From Octopus vulgaris (lineage: Eukaryota), in the NCBI GenBank assembly GCA_951406725.2, contig OX597837.1, positions 17,236,001 to 17,300,000 of the forward strand: a stretch of 64,000 bases of DNA. Reading direction: 5' to 3'. The translations under genes were made by a program, and so were the position numbers. This document shows, piece after piece, positions 42,501 through 54,011 of this stretch (its first letter is position 1; each line of letters starts with the position of its first letter). The notes beneath the pieces are model-generated. The model did not search any database. It was not told the DNA's origin and saw nothing but the letters and a program-made list of their open reading frames with translations.

Positions 42501-45500
42501 CCACTTTCTCATTCTCAAAGAATTTTTTCCCTTTCTTTTCTGTTAGTATTTCATAATGATGGCAAATATTAACTTTTTCATACCTGCAAATGTATTCTTT
42601 CTTACTTAGAAGTGGCTATCCAGTGTGGTTAATTCTTCCTTCTTTTTCGACATATTCTGCCTTTACTTATTCATTATATGTGTTTGGCTGTTTCTCTTTG
42701 ATCCTGTGCTGCTTCCAAAAACTCATATGTCTCATCTTTGAGCCCTACACTCCTAAGCCCATATCACAAAATTGTCCTGTCTACTTCCATCTTGTTCAGT
42801 CTTTGCAGATGTTGGCCATATAGGGCTTTTTTTTACTTATCATGACATTCTGTAGCCCCATTTCTAACTTGGATTGTAACCTTTTTATAATCTTATTTTG
42901 CTGTTTCTCTCTTTTCTTCATTTTTTCTGCTTGGTATTTGTTGGTTTCATTAAAGACTGAAAATAGCTTTATATTTATTTTGTTCTTGATTTGTAGTTAT
43001 TTGTATTACTTTTCCATTATTCTTTACAGGATATTTTTCTAGTCCTTGATTGGCATATTCTAAATACAGTTATTATTATCCTTGTTTTCTTGCCTAATTT
43101 TGCTTAGTTTTGTTTAGCATCCACTTGAGAATATAACTGTAATTTATTGTAGGGGACAACTAGAGTATTGATGTGTATTACATATTTTTCGCATTTAGTC
43201 CTGTTTTAAATATTAATCTACCTGTAACTTTCTTTCTCAGTCTTTTCTTTCATTTGTGTGTGTTCTACACTGTCTAGTTCAATGATTGCCGAGTATTTGT
43301 ATGTTGTGCTTGGTCTAATTCTCTTATCTCTCTTTAATGTTGCTTTAATGCATTTCTCTAACCTGACTCTTATATTTTATTTCTCCAATAAATCTTTTAT
43401 TTTTGTTGTCATTGTTGTTCATCTATTGACATGTGTTCATGTCGCTCCATTGTACATCTGTTAACGTTACTTAGTTAAATTATCAAGGACCTTGGGGAAC
43501 TGGTTAGTTCTTCTCCATCCATAGCCCCAAGAGACTATTTTAGTGTATGGGCTAAGATACCCCTCATTTTTTCGCTAAAAAACAAAGATGGTGAACAAGA
43601 ATTGTCCATCCATTGAAAGGAACAACCAGTCATCCAGAATAAGAGAACAGCCAAGTTGTAAAAGACAGTGACTGCTGTAGCAATAGCAACAACAACAAGA
43701 ACAATAGGGCGTGTCAGGCCTATGAAAGCAATTTTCCATTGCTTTCATTTTACACTGCCCTTCACTATAGCAGGAACAAAAGAAATCAATGATAAAATGT
43801 GACAACACAAATAAGAACTGCCACCATTGGTGGCAGTAGCAGGTCCACCACCACTACTACTACCAACAATAACATCACTAACGAAGAAGACAACAACAAA
43901 AACAAGGCATGCAAATCCAATTGAGGTGAGTTCAACTTTATGAGAGCTATCAGAGAAGTAAGAGAAGACATTTTTATAGACAAAAATGAATTCAAGTGTG
44001 TGAAATGCATGTTGGAGAAATATGAGAAAAATGTGACATTAAACATTCCTAGAACTGTCCAACAAGAACTTAATTTGCAGACAGTTTTACATATTGACAG
44101 TTTTACAATTGAAGACAAAAGTAGGAAATTAGAGCAGGCAACACAGAAGCAAATAGAGAAATGCTTAAAACCAGTTTGAAAAAGCAAACTTATGTAGCCA
44201 GGGGGAAGAAATATAGGACTGTCAAGGTGAGATTTGTCTCAGAGGAGAAGGCTAAAAATAATTTGACAGCTACCTTAATGAGTAACAAACTCATTCTCAT
44301 CCCCATCTGCCTTGGTCAATGAGTATTCAGAATTAGAATATTTAACATCCCCTCCAGGGATAAACATCTGCTGGTTAGTAGCTGCAATTCTCCTTGACAT
44401 AGAAGAGAAAACCATGATTCTGCAAATACAGAAGACACACAAGCAGAACTGGTTAGGACAGGAGATGCAGGTACTAATACAAGCTGCGTAGGAAAGTGTT
44501 GAAGCTATCCCAGTCTACATAAGATGGCACAAAGCTTCACATGACTGTTGAGGGCAGAAAGCCAAGATGTCACCTGTCCAGGAAACAAACTACTTCAAGG
44601 CTTTCTGCTCACAACAAAAGAGAGAAATGAGTTCCCCAGTTTTGCTGACACCACTACCACCACTACAGCAACAATGATAACAGGCCAACAAAAATAGGTG
44701 ACTACTACAGCTACAAAATCAACAGTAACAGTAGTAGCAGCAACTATAATCACAGAAGTACCAACAGCAATAGCAGCAACAACTAGAACAACAGCAGAGG
44801 AACTACCAACATCGACAGTAGCAAAAACAACAGTATCAGAATCCCCCAAAACAACAAGTTTATCAACAGACCCCCCCCCCAAAAAAAAAAGATCCCTAAA
44901 AGATTTGCCCCTCCTGATTTGCCTGCTAAACTCAAAAATAACTACAGATTTTCTCTCAGGTCTAGTTTTCTAACTAGAACTGAATCTATAAAGAGAGCAT
45001 AACAAAATAAAACAAAGAACAAATAAAAATTCAAAATTGAAAATGATGTTGGCAAAGATTTTTGGCAGAAAATTTAAGGAATAAATTTAAGCTTCTTTGT
45101 GCACCGTGAATGTTGAGCAACAAGAGTATCTCGTTTTAAACACCAGCAATAGTCTGCCATCATTATGGCATTCCAACGTCCTTGGTACTGAGCTTCCATC
45201 TCCTTGATGTCCCACTGGAATCGTTCACCTTGTTCATTGCTAACATCTCCAAGATTTTCAAGAAAATGATCAAGACAACTAGAAAGCAAATGCATTTTGA
45301 TGCTCATAATTATTAATATTATTTTTATTATCTGACAGTTGATTGTTTCAAGCAGATTTCTTCTGTGTCACCTCCGACACTTCCATGTTGCTGAGATGTG
45401 TGCAACATTGTGTGCTCTTTTTTGTTGTTAGGGGATTGCAAACTCTTTCTGGGTATTGTAATGCATACGTTTGCTTTGTTATGGTTGCAGTCTTTTGTTA

Positions 45501-47515
45501 TATTAGTGTTTGTATTATGTGTTGTGTGTGTAATGCGATTTGTTCTGGTTGGTATCTGGTCTGTAAAGTACATGTTGTGGTGGTTGTTTACTTTATTGGA
45601 TACTAGCAGAAATATCTGGTGTTGCTGGGTTAAAGAAAATAATCAAATTTAAAAATGCCTTTTAGATCTCTTACATGAAATATAGATTACTCAGGTCTTA
45701 CTTCCTAGTAGCTGAGATACCAACTTTATACGTTAATAACCCGGCCTTTCCCAGGTTATTGAAAATAATGAAATTTAAGTATGCCTTTTAAATCTATAAG
45801 TAAAATGAAACATGGATTATGCAGTTCTCAATAGTAATTAGCTGAAGTACAAACTATTAATGTCAACAATATGTTTTATCCAATGTTCTCACTGTTAAAA
45901 TTGTTAAAAACCAGGTAGTTCTTTGTCACTGAAATCACTTTCAATTGTCAGTACTTATTTGAAACATGTTGAACCTGAAAATGCATAAATTTGAGAGGAA
46001 CCGGCCTGTGGGTGCTCCCATCATGTTAATAAGTACATTTAACAAAAATTCTATCAGCTGACATGAGTATAAAGAAATGTATTGAAACAAATCCGGAAAT
46101 CAGTCACAGTTTAATTATCTAGAGCTTTTAAATATCTGATGTTTTGAGTGTGTCTTTTAATTGGTGTATAAATCCTGTTCCACTTTAGGCACAAGGCCTG
46201 AAACTTTTGGGGAGGGGACCAGTCGATTAGATTGATCCCAGTACGCAACTGGTACTTAATTTATCAACGCCGAAAGGATGAAAAACAAAGCCATTGACTG
46301 TTGCTAAAATTTTGTGCTATGTTTGGGATTAAATGCATTATGAGATCATTAACAGTTGGTACCATCTCACCACAGGCTTTCTGCCCCCATCCGACTTTGG
46401 ATGATGATAACTTTCAGAAAAATGGATATTTTTTAATGAAATTTTCTACGAATATGTGTTATATTATGTAGATTTCGAATATACAAAATTTTGGGGGAAA
46501 GTGTTTTAGGAGCAGGTGGGGAGGATTTTCGGAAAATTCACCAGTGTCCTCTTCAATTCATCTTGTCTTCCAGGAAAATGGATATGTTTTAATGAAATTG
46601 TCTACAAATATACCTCAGACTAGGCATGTAGGATTTTTGGGGTAAACAATTGGAGGTTATTTTTGCAAACTGTTCCCCACTGGCGGTGGGGAGCAGAACA
46701 AGTCATCCATATTTATTTCAGTTTCTTCGTTTTGTGCATTTGTATATAACCTTTAAAACTAGTTGTAAAATTTCGGGAAGAAGATTGAAAAGTTAAGGAG
46801 TGGGTGTATTAAAATGTCTAAAAGTAGATCTTTTTGCATATTCAGAATCTCTGTTGAAGATAAGGTTGGAATCTGTAGAAAAAAAATGCTTATTCTCAGT
46901 ATCCTCACACACACATACATATATATATAATGAAAAAGTTCAAATGGGGAATTATTCCATTCAATGTCATGTTTATTATAGAGATTATGTTAAAAATTAT
47001 ACTTTACACTTCTATATTTAACTGTGCACGTATATTCCTTATTTTTGCTTCTGATATCTCCTGCCTTTCTATTAGAACTGTTTATCTGGGAATTTACTTA
47101 GAGTGAAAAAAATTTGTGGTTAATGTTGACATTATTACCTGAAAACAAAATTGTACAATATACAGTACCTCATTTAATTGATTGAGAAAAAGGTGTCTAT
47201 CTCCGTATGAAATGTTTTTTCTGACACAAAAGTACCTTTAGAAATTCTATTTTTTTTTCAGAAATCATCACAACTGTAATAAAGTATAAATACGTGTGTG
47301 TGTAAATAGCTGGTCAGGACGCCAAAGACAGGCAGTTCAAACACAGGAAGTTGAGAAATGATTTGAAGAAGGGAATATTTATATATAGAGCAATATTATT
47401 TACTTTTAATTAAAAAAAGAAAATAAATCAAGACTCTATTATTCTTTCTAAGGTCAAATTATTCATGTTTCCCAAGTATGGTACAGATTGATCCTGAGGT
47501 TTGAGCATGTATAGA

Positions 47516-47549
<34 letters not shown>

Positions 47550-48210
47550 GGTATTTTATATATTAAGATTGATTGCATAGAGTATGTCTTGTTTTTGTGG
47601 GTTGTTGTATTTGGATTGTACTATTGAATTGATAATATCTTGATTAGGATGTGGGCTGTTCCACTATTATTGCATATGATGAGAGCTGTACCATTATCAT
47701 CATCATTGTTGTCATCAGCATCATCACTGCTGTCATCATTGTCATCATCATTGTTGTTGTTATTATCATTATTATAAAAATTAAATAGCAATTAACAATA
47801 TATTATTAACTCTTTATTTAGTATTGTGTGCGAAGCTCTTTGCCTTCAAACAAATTACAATGTCTTTCTGCTATTGTTATAGTCATCATCATTATCATCA
47901 TTGCCATTATAAGCAATAGCCATCGTGCTTCCAATACATCTCACAGTATGCAATCTACTATTGTCTGTAAACCAAACCTAATCTACTCTAATTAGCTAGT
48001 TACATATTCAATTCTAATACTGATAAATAGGCCCACATGGAAAATTTAGTGTAAATGTTTACTTACCAACAAAAACACCAAGCGTAAACATTAATGTGAG
48101 TATGCTCTCTGCGAAATAACTAGCAAAGGCTCCACTGAAAGACAGGATGCTTCCCATTGCTATGGTTTTCCTAGCACCAATTTTGTTGCACAAGAATCCA
48201 CCAATGATTC
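23566..48210 (-). CDS. SLC16 / monocarboxylate transporter family gene, spliced; exons 48067-48210, 30656-30968, 28415-28567, 26847-27139, 23566-23765; 5' end incomplete
   Basis: All five exons have AG/GT boundaries and matching phases (1-1-2-2-1) and give an open frame covering about TM3-TM12, with MFS motif A GGFLCNKIGAR, YFWQGTLLIISGFLLN, FSVLKN and GYIRDVTKSY. Confidence 0.9.
23827..24203 (+). mobile_element. tRNA-derived SINE (octopus OK/OR-like) with internal (GT)n
   Basis: gtggctgtgtggtaagaagcttgc ... ccagcatggccacagtcaaatgactgaaacaagtaaaagag. Confidence 0.88.
24720..25848 (-). mobile_element. Degenerate, deleted copy of the C-rich PLE family
   Basis: [37 protein letters not shown] matches the 7514-9034 ORF; EN region deleted. 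Confidence 0.88.
26847..27139 (-). CDS. SLC16 transporter exon (TM8 end to TM11)
   Basis: Acceptor tatttccAG|G, donor G|GTGAGT; RGLTAGMSF...LCLNILGKEHYAMALGFSQTFIGLASIVMGSLGG. Confidence 0.9.
28415..28567 (-). CDS. SLC16 transporter exon (TM7-TM8)
   Basis: Acceptor ggtAG|G, donor AAG|GTTTGT; YVLTMLSLSIMNSTLSAVVVIMIDFFMERGYSKGKAVFLLSAQSFAALLAR. Confidence 0.87.
30656..30968 (-). CDS. SLC16 transporter exon (TM4 end to TM6 and short central loop)
   Basis: Acceptor cttttAG|GT. Donor AA|GTTGGT was chosen because it restores family spacing; an alternative in-phase donor CT|GTAAAA exists at 30617. GIGNAVVYIPSMVVV...WNFSVLKNTK. Confidence 0.88.
32200..32610 (+). mobile_element. Full-length tRNA-derived SINE nested in the hAT element
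   Basis: tggctgtgtggtaag A-box-like and gagttcagtccc B-box-like motifs; conserved tail gactgaaacaagtaaaagag. Confidence 0.9.
33375..33690. repeat. Degenerate ~90-bp tandem repeat inside the hAT 5' region
   Basis: aatgtgtgaatcattctc...ccaagcatcaacac...caatagccaattccc recurs about 3.5 times. Confidence 0.75.
33915..35900 (+). mobile_element. Degenerate RTE-clade LINE (RT to 3' tail)
   Basis: GVHQGSVLSLLLF, WELLYADDL, RRLHWFGHV; (GAT)n tail near 35880. Confidence 0.92.
37285..37482 (-). mobile_element. tRNA-derived SINE with a Meta-like core
   Basis: Reverse complement gagttcaaattctgccgaggtcgattttgcctttcaccctttcggggtcaataaattaagtaccag. Confidence 0.8.
38067..42471 (+). mobile_element. Degenerate Gypsy/Ty3 LTR retrotransposon (LTRs 38067-38261 and 42293-42471)
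   Basis: Two homologous ~190-bp TG-starting LTRs, PBS-like tggtaacgag at 38263, PPT aaaagggaaga, protease LDTGSD, RT IAYLDNI and IKYLG, RNase H ASDAS, integrase LHVDFTGP and IVSNNSTQFT, in PR-RT-RH-IN order. Confidence 0.93.
39432..39680 (+). mobile_element. tRNA-headed SINE with a (TAA)n linker and a hammerhead-like 3' part, nested in the Gypsy element
   Basis: A box TGGCGTAATGG (39441), B box GAGTTCAATTCC (39484), and CTGATGA-ag-gctg...cagc-acAAAcgtgt at 39594-39630. Confidence 0.7.
45030..45310 (-). mobile_element. Chapaev3 (CMC) transposase C-terminal fragment
   Basis: MSIKMHLLSSCLDHFLENLGDVSNEQGERFQWDIKEMEAQYQGRWNAIMMADYCW resembles the Chapaev3 C-terminal signature as I recall it. Confidence 0.7.
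45600..47570 (+). mobile_element. Mosaic of putative non-autonomous Helitron/Helentron-like pieces, with a Meta-like SINE at 46170-46290
   Basis: tactagcag...ggtgttgctggg start; caagtatggtacagattg...(CA)n...ttttatatattaagat end. No coding support. Confidence 0.3.
48067..48210 (-). CDS. SLC16 transporter exon (144 bp, phase 1-1; TM2 end to TM4)
   Basis: Acceptor tctctcAG|GA, donor G|GTAAGT; GIIGGFLCNKIGARKTIAMGSILSFSGAFASYFAESILTLMFTLGVFVG. Confidence 0.92.
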
Positions 48211-48337
48211 CTGAGAGAAAATGTAAACAAACATGTAATAGGTAAATGTGTGGCTGCATGCAATCAGCTCTAACAACAATTATGCAAATCATACAATTCA
48301 CTTCACTTTAAATGCCATAATACTGACGTCATCCATG

Positions 48338-48379
<42 letters not shown>

Positions 48380-48399
48380 TGTATATATATGTATATGTA

Positions 48400-48638
48400 T
48401 GTGGGTGTGCCTCAAATTTCATATTGACTCTTTGTTCCAACTTCCTGTCCATGAGAAAAATTGCAGACTACAGCATACACATGATCACAAGAACACAAAT
48501 TTCACAACTTGCAAAGTAAACACACTGATGATCATGAGGATCACTGCTAGCTGCTCTCACTGTGCATGCATCCATGTGCTGCCATCTGTTGGTGTGCTAC
48601 AGAACTAGCATGGGAACTTTTTGATACCACCTTGGATG
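48400..48638 (-). mobile_element. Mariner terminal fragment
   Basis: TIR gaactttttgataccaccttg, as at 18686-18707. Confidence 0.6.
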
Positions 48639-48956
48639 TATGGAGTTTAAGATGTTTATAATAATATTATCATGGAAACCAGAAAGAAAATCAAAAGCAT
48701 GAGCTTGAAGCAGCCATTTTTGCCCATGTTGTTCACAAATGTTTTTAAACAAATGAAGATAAGGATAAGCTGTTGTGTCTGGAGAGATTCATTCTCTTTT
48801 AGTGCTTTATAATTTAACACACTCACTGGTAAAATTTCCACTTAATTTTTATTTTTCTAAAATTTTCGTTGCATTTTGTAATCTTTTCAATAGTTTTGAC
48901 TCTGTCCGTTATTCACACTGCATTCCTTTTTGTTTGTTTGTGCACATGTGTGGAAG

Positions 48957-48990
<34 letters not shown>

Positions 48991-49499
48991 TATACATGCA
49001 TGCATGCATGTATGTATGTATGCATGTGTGTGTAATGTATGTGTGTGTGCATATGTATATGTGTATATATTGTCTATGTATTCTACATATTGGTGTGCTT
49101 GTGTGTCTGTGTTTGTGTGTTTTTATGTATGTGTGTGTTTGTATATGTATGTGTGTACCTTTGTATCCTTGCGTGCGCATGTCTGAGTGTGTGTGCATGT
49201 GTGCTTTGCAACTATGTGCTGTGTTTGTATGTGTGGATGTGCATCTCCATATGTGTAGACGTGTGTCTCCATATGTGTCCTTGTGTGAAGTAAAGTGTGT
49301 GTGTATATATATGGTCATGTGTTTCAGTCTTCATTTGCGCATGTGTGTTTGTCTGTTCATATAACCTATGTACCTATCCATCTGTATGTTGATCTGTTTA
49401 CTTTCATACCCATATGCTTACATACACGTGCATATACATATATACATACACCCACACACATACATACATCTATCTACATAACAGCCCACTAACTATTCT

Positions 49500-52007
49500 A
49501 CTCTACCTGTGTAAACTGTGGGTATAGGGGTATGATATCTACTATGTATATTTCCTATTTAGTATTGGGGATGTTTCATTTATGAGGACGTACTCCCATA
49601 TTTGTCTGAGTGTTGGGTCTTAGGGGTGCTTGGATAAGATACGGGTGTCATGTTGACCCAGGTTACCTCCTTGTTGTTCCTTGGCATGTTGGTAGAGTAT
49701 GGAGGACTGTTTTTTTGTTGTCATATTGTCTCAAATGTTCATTTAGTCATTCCACAATGCTCCTAGATGTCTCCCCTATGTATGTCCTGTTCATGCCTTT
49801 ACAAGCACCTTCTGTGCATCTTATGCTGTAAACTACATTTCTAGTTCTACAGTTAATGCCAGGGCTAATCCTACATACCATGCAGTTATCATTGGTGGAT
49901 ATGGTATTCTCAAATGGGTACGTTCTACATAGTTGTGATCTGACGGAGTTCCCTGGCTTTTCAACAAACTTAATGTTGAGTTTGGTCTCCTTCAGAGCTT
50001 TTCTAAATCTACAGGCTAGTTCTCCATGGGCTGTGGCCTCTGCAAACATCACTCCTTGATAATTGTCGGTTTTATACCACGTGTTCGCCCTGTTTGCTTT
50101 GTCACAAGTTCTTTGTATCATATTCTAGTCTTTGTTTCTATATCTAGGGCAGGTACCACTGGTATCATTATGTATAATGTTATGTAATTTCTTTCTAGCA
50201 CCCCTATATACTCAAAACCTATCATTCTGATCATATCCAGAGAACTGCATGCAGTGTATGAAGTTCTGTATATGTTTTTTCGTTTCATAGGGTTTGCATA
50301 GTGGGGACACATTGTTCATTATCCTACTAAGTCTGCTATTAGTATGTTAATTTTCATGTTGCATAACAGAGCTGAGTTCTTGTGAACAATATATTTTGAA
50401 ACTATGGGTTTCATGTAATAGGAGTGGAGGAGCTGCACTCTGTTGTTCACAGTCTCTAACCAAAGTTCAGTATCAAGTACGGGGAGTCTATTGTTGGGGT
50501 GCTTAGTGGGGTAATCCATAGCTACCTTGATACTTTGGTGGATGGAGTTAGCTACTCACTGGATGCTCTCCATTATGTTCCTCTCAGTTTCTACACTACC
50601 ATTATTAGAGTTGGTCCTAATTATGACATTAATGTCATCTGCATATCTACTGTAGAGTAGAAGAGTTGTGGACGGTTCTGCTAACATTTACTTAAGTTTT
50701 CTGTCCCACCAGATCATGAAGAGGCCGGCCACATCTCCTGCTACATTGACACCGATGGCTGCACCATAAACCTGCCTGTATAGTTTTTGGTTAAACTTTA
50801 CTATGTGGTTCTTCAAGGTGGTTTTTACACTGACCCCTATTGCATGCACACTCATTTCTTTCACCTGATTGTTGTTCTAAGGTTTTTGGGTGGGTGCGGT
50901 CCAGCCACTCAAGCATTCTGTGGTGTTTTTCTTCACTGCTGAAGTGATGGTGGGTGGTCTTCCCCTCTGTGACCTGGTGGGTCAGAATCTACTGAGGTCA
51001 TGGTCATCTAAATAGTCACTGTATCCCACTCCAAATTGACAGTGAAACAGAAGCAAAGATCTCCTTAGCTAGAAACAGACTCCAACATGTCTTAGACCGA
51101 TACAACAAATCCACTAAAAAGCATAGTGAGGAGGGGACCCACCAACTCAGTCCATCTGTTGACAAAGGCCTACAAAAACTGAAACAGTGAATTAGGAACA
51201 GAGAATTAGTGTGCCTCTCTATGGACAAATCTGGCAGACTGTCAATAGACAGCCCACATAACTATGTCCAGACCATGCAACAACACATCAGTAGCATGAC
51301 AGAAGCTGCAAGCACAGGAACATGAAAGAGTAGAAACATTCCTCAATGCACACATGGGAATGTGGTGCAACATACTCCAACCTATGAAAAGGGTGGCAAA
51401 CAATTTCCAAGCATCCAAAATGATGTTCCTGCACTATACGGGTTACGCAAAGACCACAAACCCTACATAAACCTTGTCATGGGGCCCCCAACCAGACCAG
51501 TTTACAAAGCAAATATCTCCAGCAACTATAGACTGTCCTACTTCCTCTCACAGGTATTATGACCTCTCATAGAGATGTCTCTGGATGTCTGTGTGAGCAC
51601 GAAAGATCTCCTCAGTAAAATCAGTACTTGCAACCACTCCAACAAACTCACAGGTTGTGTAGTGGGTAGTATGGGTGTAATTTCACTCTACCCATCTATA
51701 GACTTAGATTTTGCTGTGGAGGAATGCATTCAGGTAATTTTACCTGAAGTGGAGTTCCATAAGGTCAATACAAGGGAACTGGGCCTCCTCCTCAGACTAA
51801 GCTACAACAGTGACTATTTAGATAACCATGACCTTAGTAGATTCTGCACCACCAGGTCACAGTGAGGAAGCCCACCCACCATCACTTCAGCTGTGAAGAA
51901 AAGCACCACAGAGTGCTTGAATTGCTGGACCACACGCACCCAAAACCCCAAGAACAACAATCAGGTGAAAGAAATGATTGTACATGCAATAGGGGCCAGT
52001 GTAGAAG
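49500..52007. mobile_element. Rearranged Penelope-like element, possibly Naiad-type: N-terminal half on + (51024-52007), C-terminal half on - (49500-51023)
   Basis: Plus strand: DKSG, ALYGLRKDHK, PTRPV, GSMGVISLYPSI. Minus strand: RLPVLDTELW, VVYSIRC..YIGETSRS. About 200 bp is shared in inverted orientation. Confidence 0.85.
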
Positions 52008-52009
52008 TA

Positions 52010-53065
52010 GTAAATTCTGAGCATTCCACAATGAGATGTTTTTCTTAACTGTTTGTTTTGGGTGAAATTCAGTAGCACCAGCATCAGTGAATGTTGAGGT
52101 CAGTAATTGTTCCAGGCTATTATGCTATAGATTCTATAGCTAATAGACAAACACATATGGTAACTAGAAAAAGTAGTGACTGTTATGAAAACAATAATAA
52201 GATAATCAGCTAAAACATAAAGCAAACAAAAATATTATTAAATCTAATAACAAAAATGTAGATAACTCTATACATTAGAAAATGCGATTGTACAAGGAGA
52301 ACGCAATGCAAATTAAAAAAAAAATATTGTCTATAGATGTGTAGTCATAACTGATAAAAATAAACATTACCACATAGGTGCTAGCTCATGCTTTATAAAA
52401 CAAAGAATAGCAATTCATGAAAGTTTGCATAGAAATAATACTAGAAAATTTTCAACAGGTCTTAGTAAACTCACATGGTCGCTGGAGAATGAAAATCTTA
52501 AATATTCATTAAAATGGGAAATTATTAGTACTGCAAAACCTTATAAGACTGGGGATGAACAATGCAACTTATGGAGGAATTATACCAAATATTTACTTTG
52601 AAAAATAAATTAGTTAACACTAGACAAGAAAGAAGTTTTAATTGCTTACACAAACAACGTTTTCTTCTTAAAAAAATTTAAATAACAGAATGAATTGATT
52701 TATATAATATCCATAAACCTTTTATATATAATTTATATAAAACACTTAAAAACAATAAAAGTAAAAAGTAATAAGTTAAAAATGTATAAAATGCAACTGA
52801 CTACTTCCTTTTAATAACCACATGATTCTTACTGATTAGAAATTATCCATTACTATTATTAATAACCTTCACAAAATTCAAATAATATAATGAACTCTGA
52901 AATCCATCAATATGCCTTGTGATTCTAAAGTATGTAGAATTATTTAAAAAAATAAGTATTCTATAATTAACCAAGAACAATTGCTGGCCTCAACAATCAC
53001 TGCTGCTGATGCTACTGAATTTCACCCAAACATCCCATTGTGGAATGTTCAGCATTTACTACTAC
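52010..53065 (+). mobile_element. 5'-truncated AT-rich PLE (GIY-YIG remnant) with ~100-bp inverted termini
   Basis: NIVYRCVVITDKNKHYHIGASS; LKWEIISTAKPYKTGDEQCNL. 52010-52121 is the reverse complement of about 52975-53062. Confidence 0.75.
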
Positions 53066-53106
53066 TACTGCTGCTGCTGCTACTGCTGCTGCCACCACCA
53101 CCAAGT

Positions 53107-53364
53107 CTAATTCGAACTAACTGAGGAGGAAAATTCCTCTTCAAACAATATCATATATAATGCACAAATCACTGCATATGAATATGCAACAATATGCAAT
53201 TGGTGTGATTGAAACACGTGTTGGACCATTATACTAACTGGAAATAAACTTGAAGTTTGAATGTTCAAACTTATCGTTAAAGGTGCGAAACTGAATATTA
53301 CCAATTGGTCGATAACTGATGGAGAATTATGGACCTTCTGTTTGTCTCCTGTTTGTTTTTCCAT
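53107..53364 (-). CDS. Possible first coding exon (TM1) of the SLC16 gene, apparently disrupted
   Basis: HIVAYSYAVICALYMILFEEEFSSS aligns gaplessly by eye with MCT TM1 and the following loop, but the frame stops before TM2. Confidence 0.4.
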   Translation of the reverse strand: MEKQTGDKQKVHNSPSVIDQLVIFSFAPLTISLNIQTSSLFPVSIMVQHVFQSHQLHIVAYSYAVICALYMILFEEEFSSSVSSN

Positions 53365-53407
53365 TCAGTATACGTTATGTCATTTGTTTATTTACCATAT
53401 ATTTTTC

Positions 53408-53800
53408 CTTTCTTCTTCTTCTTACAGCATTCACCCGGGGTGGGTTGAGCTGGCTTCATTCATCCTCAATGTTGCATCTCTCACAAACGCCGACCAGGCC
53501 TGACAATTTGAGGCTAACGACTGCGTGATCTCCAACCACTCCTTATTCCAGCGCCGAACACTGTAGATATGGGGGCCTAGGTTGAGTTCCAGATCAGCCT
53601 TGACTGTCATCAGCCAGGTTTTTCGTTGTCCACCACATCGCTTTCTCCAACCCAGAAGGGGAGCTGGGGCAATTGCTTCGTAGATGAATTCTCCTGGTTG
53701 ACGATGGAGGGCATGACCCAGCCAACGCAGATGTCTCGTTAGGATGACTTGTCGGAGGGAGGTGATTCTGCACTGGTGTCGCACTGAATTGTTGGAGACA
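53408..53800 (-). mobile_element. RTE/BovB-like LINE 3' fragment with (GAA)n tail
   Basis: RHLRWLGHALH..WRKRCGGQRKTW..KADL. Confidence 0.8.
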
Positions 53801-53819
53801 AAGTGATGCCATATTTTTC

Positions 53820-53897
<78 letters not shown>

Positions 53898-54011
53898 GGA
53901 GAGAAAGAGCGAGAGAGGGGTGAGAGTGGGAGAGAGAGAGATAAATAGATAGGTAGGTATGTAGGTAGGGAGGTAAGTAGGTAGGTAGGTAGTTAGGTAG
54001 TAAGTAGATAT

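Noticed and set aside
43900-44970. Gag/ORF1-like and Thr-rich mucin-like ORFs
   Set aside because: Many stops and low complexity; probably a decayed retroelement, but the family cannot be supported.
48656-48841. Hydrophobic ORF as the missing SLC16 TM2 exon
   Set aside because: No resemblance to the TxWIGS motif and no compatible phase-1 donor in an open frame.
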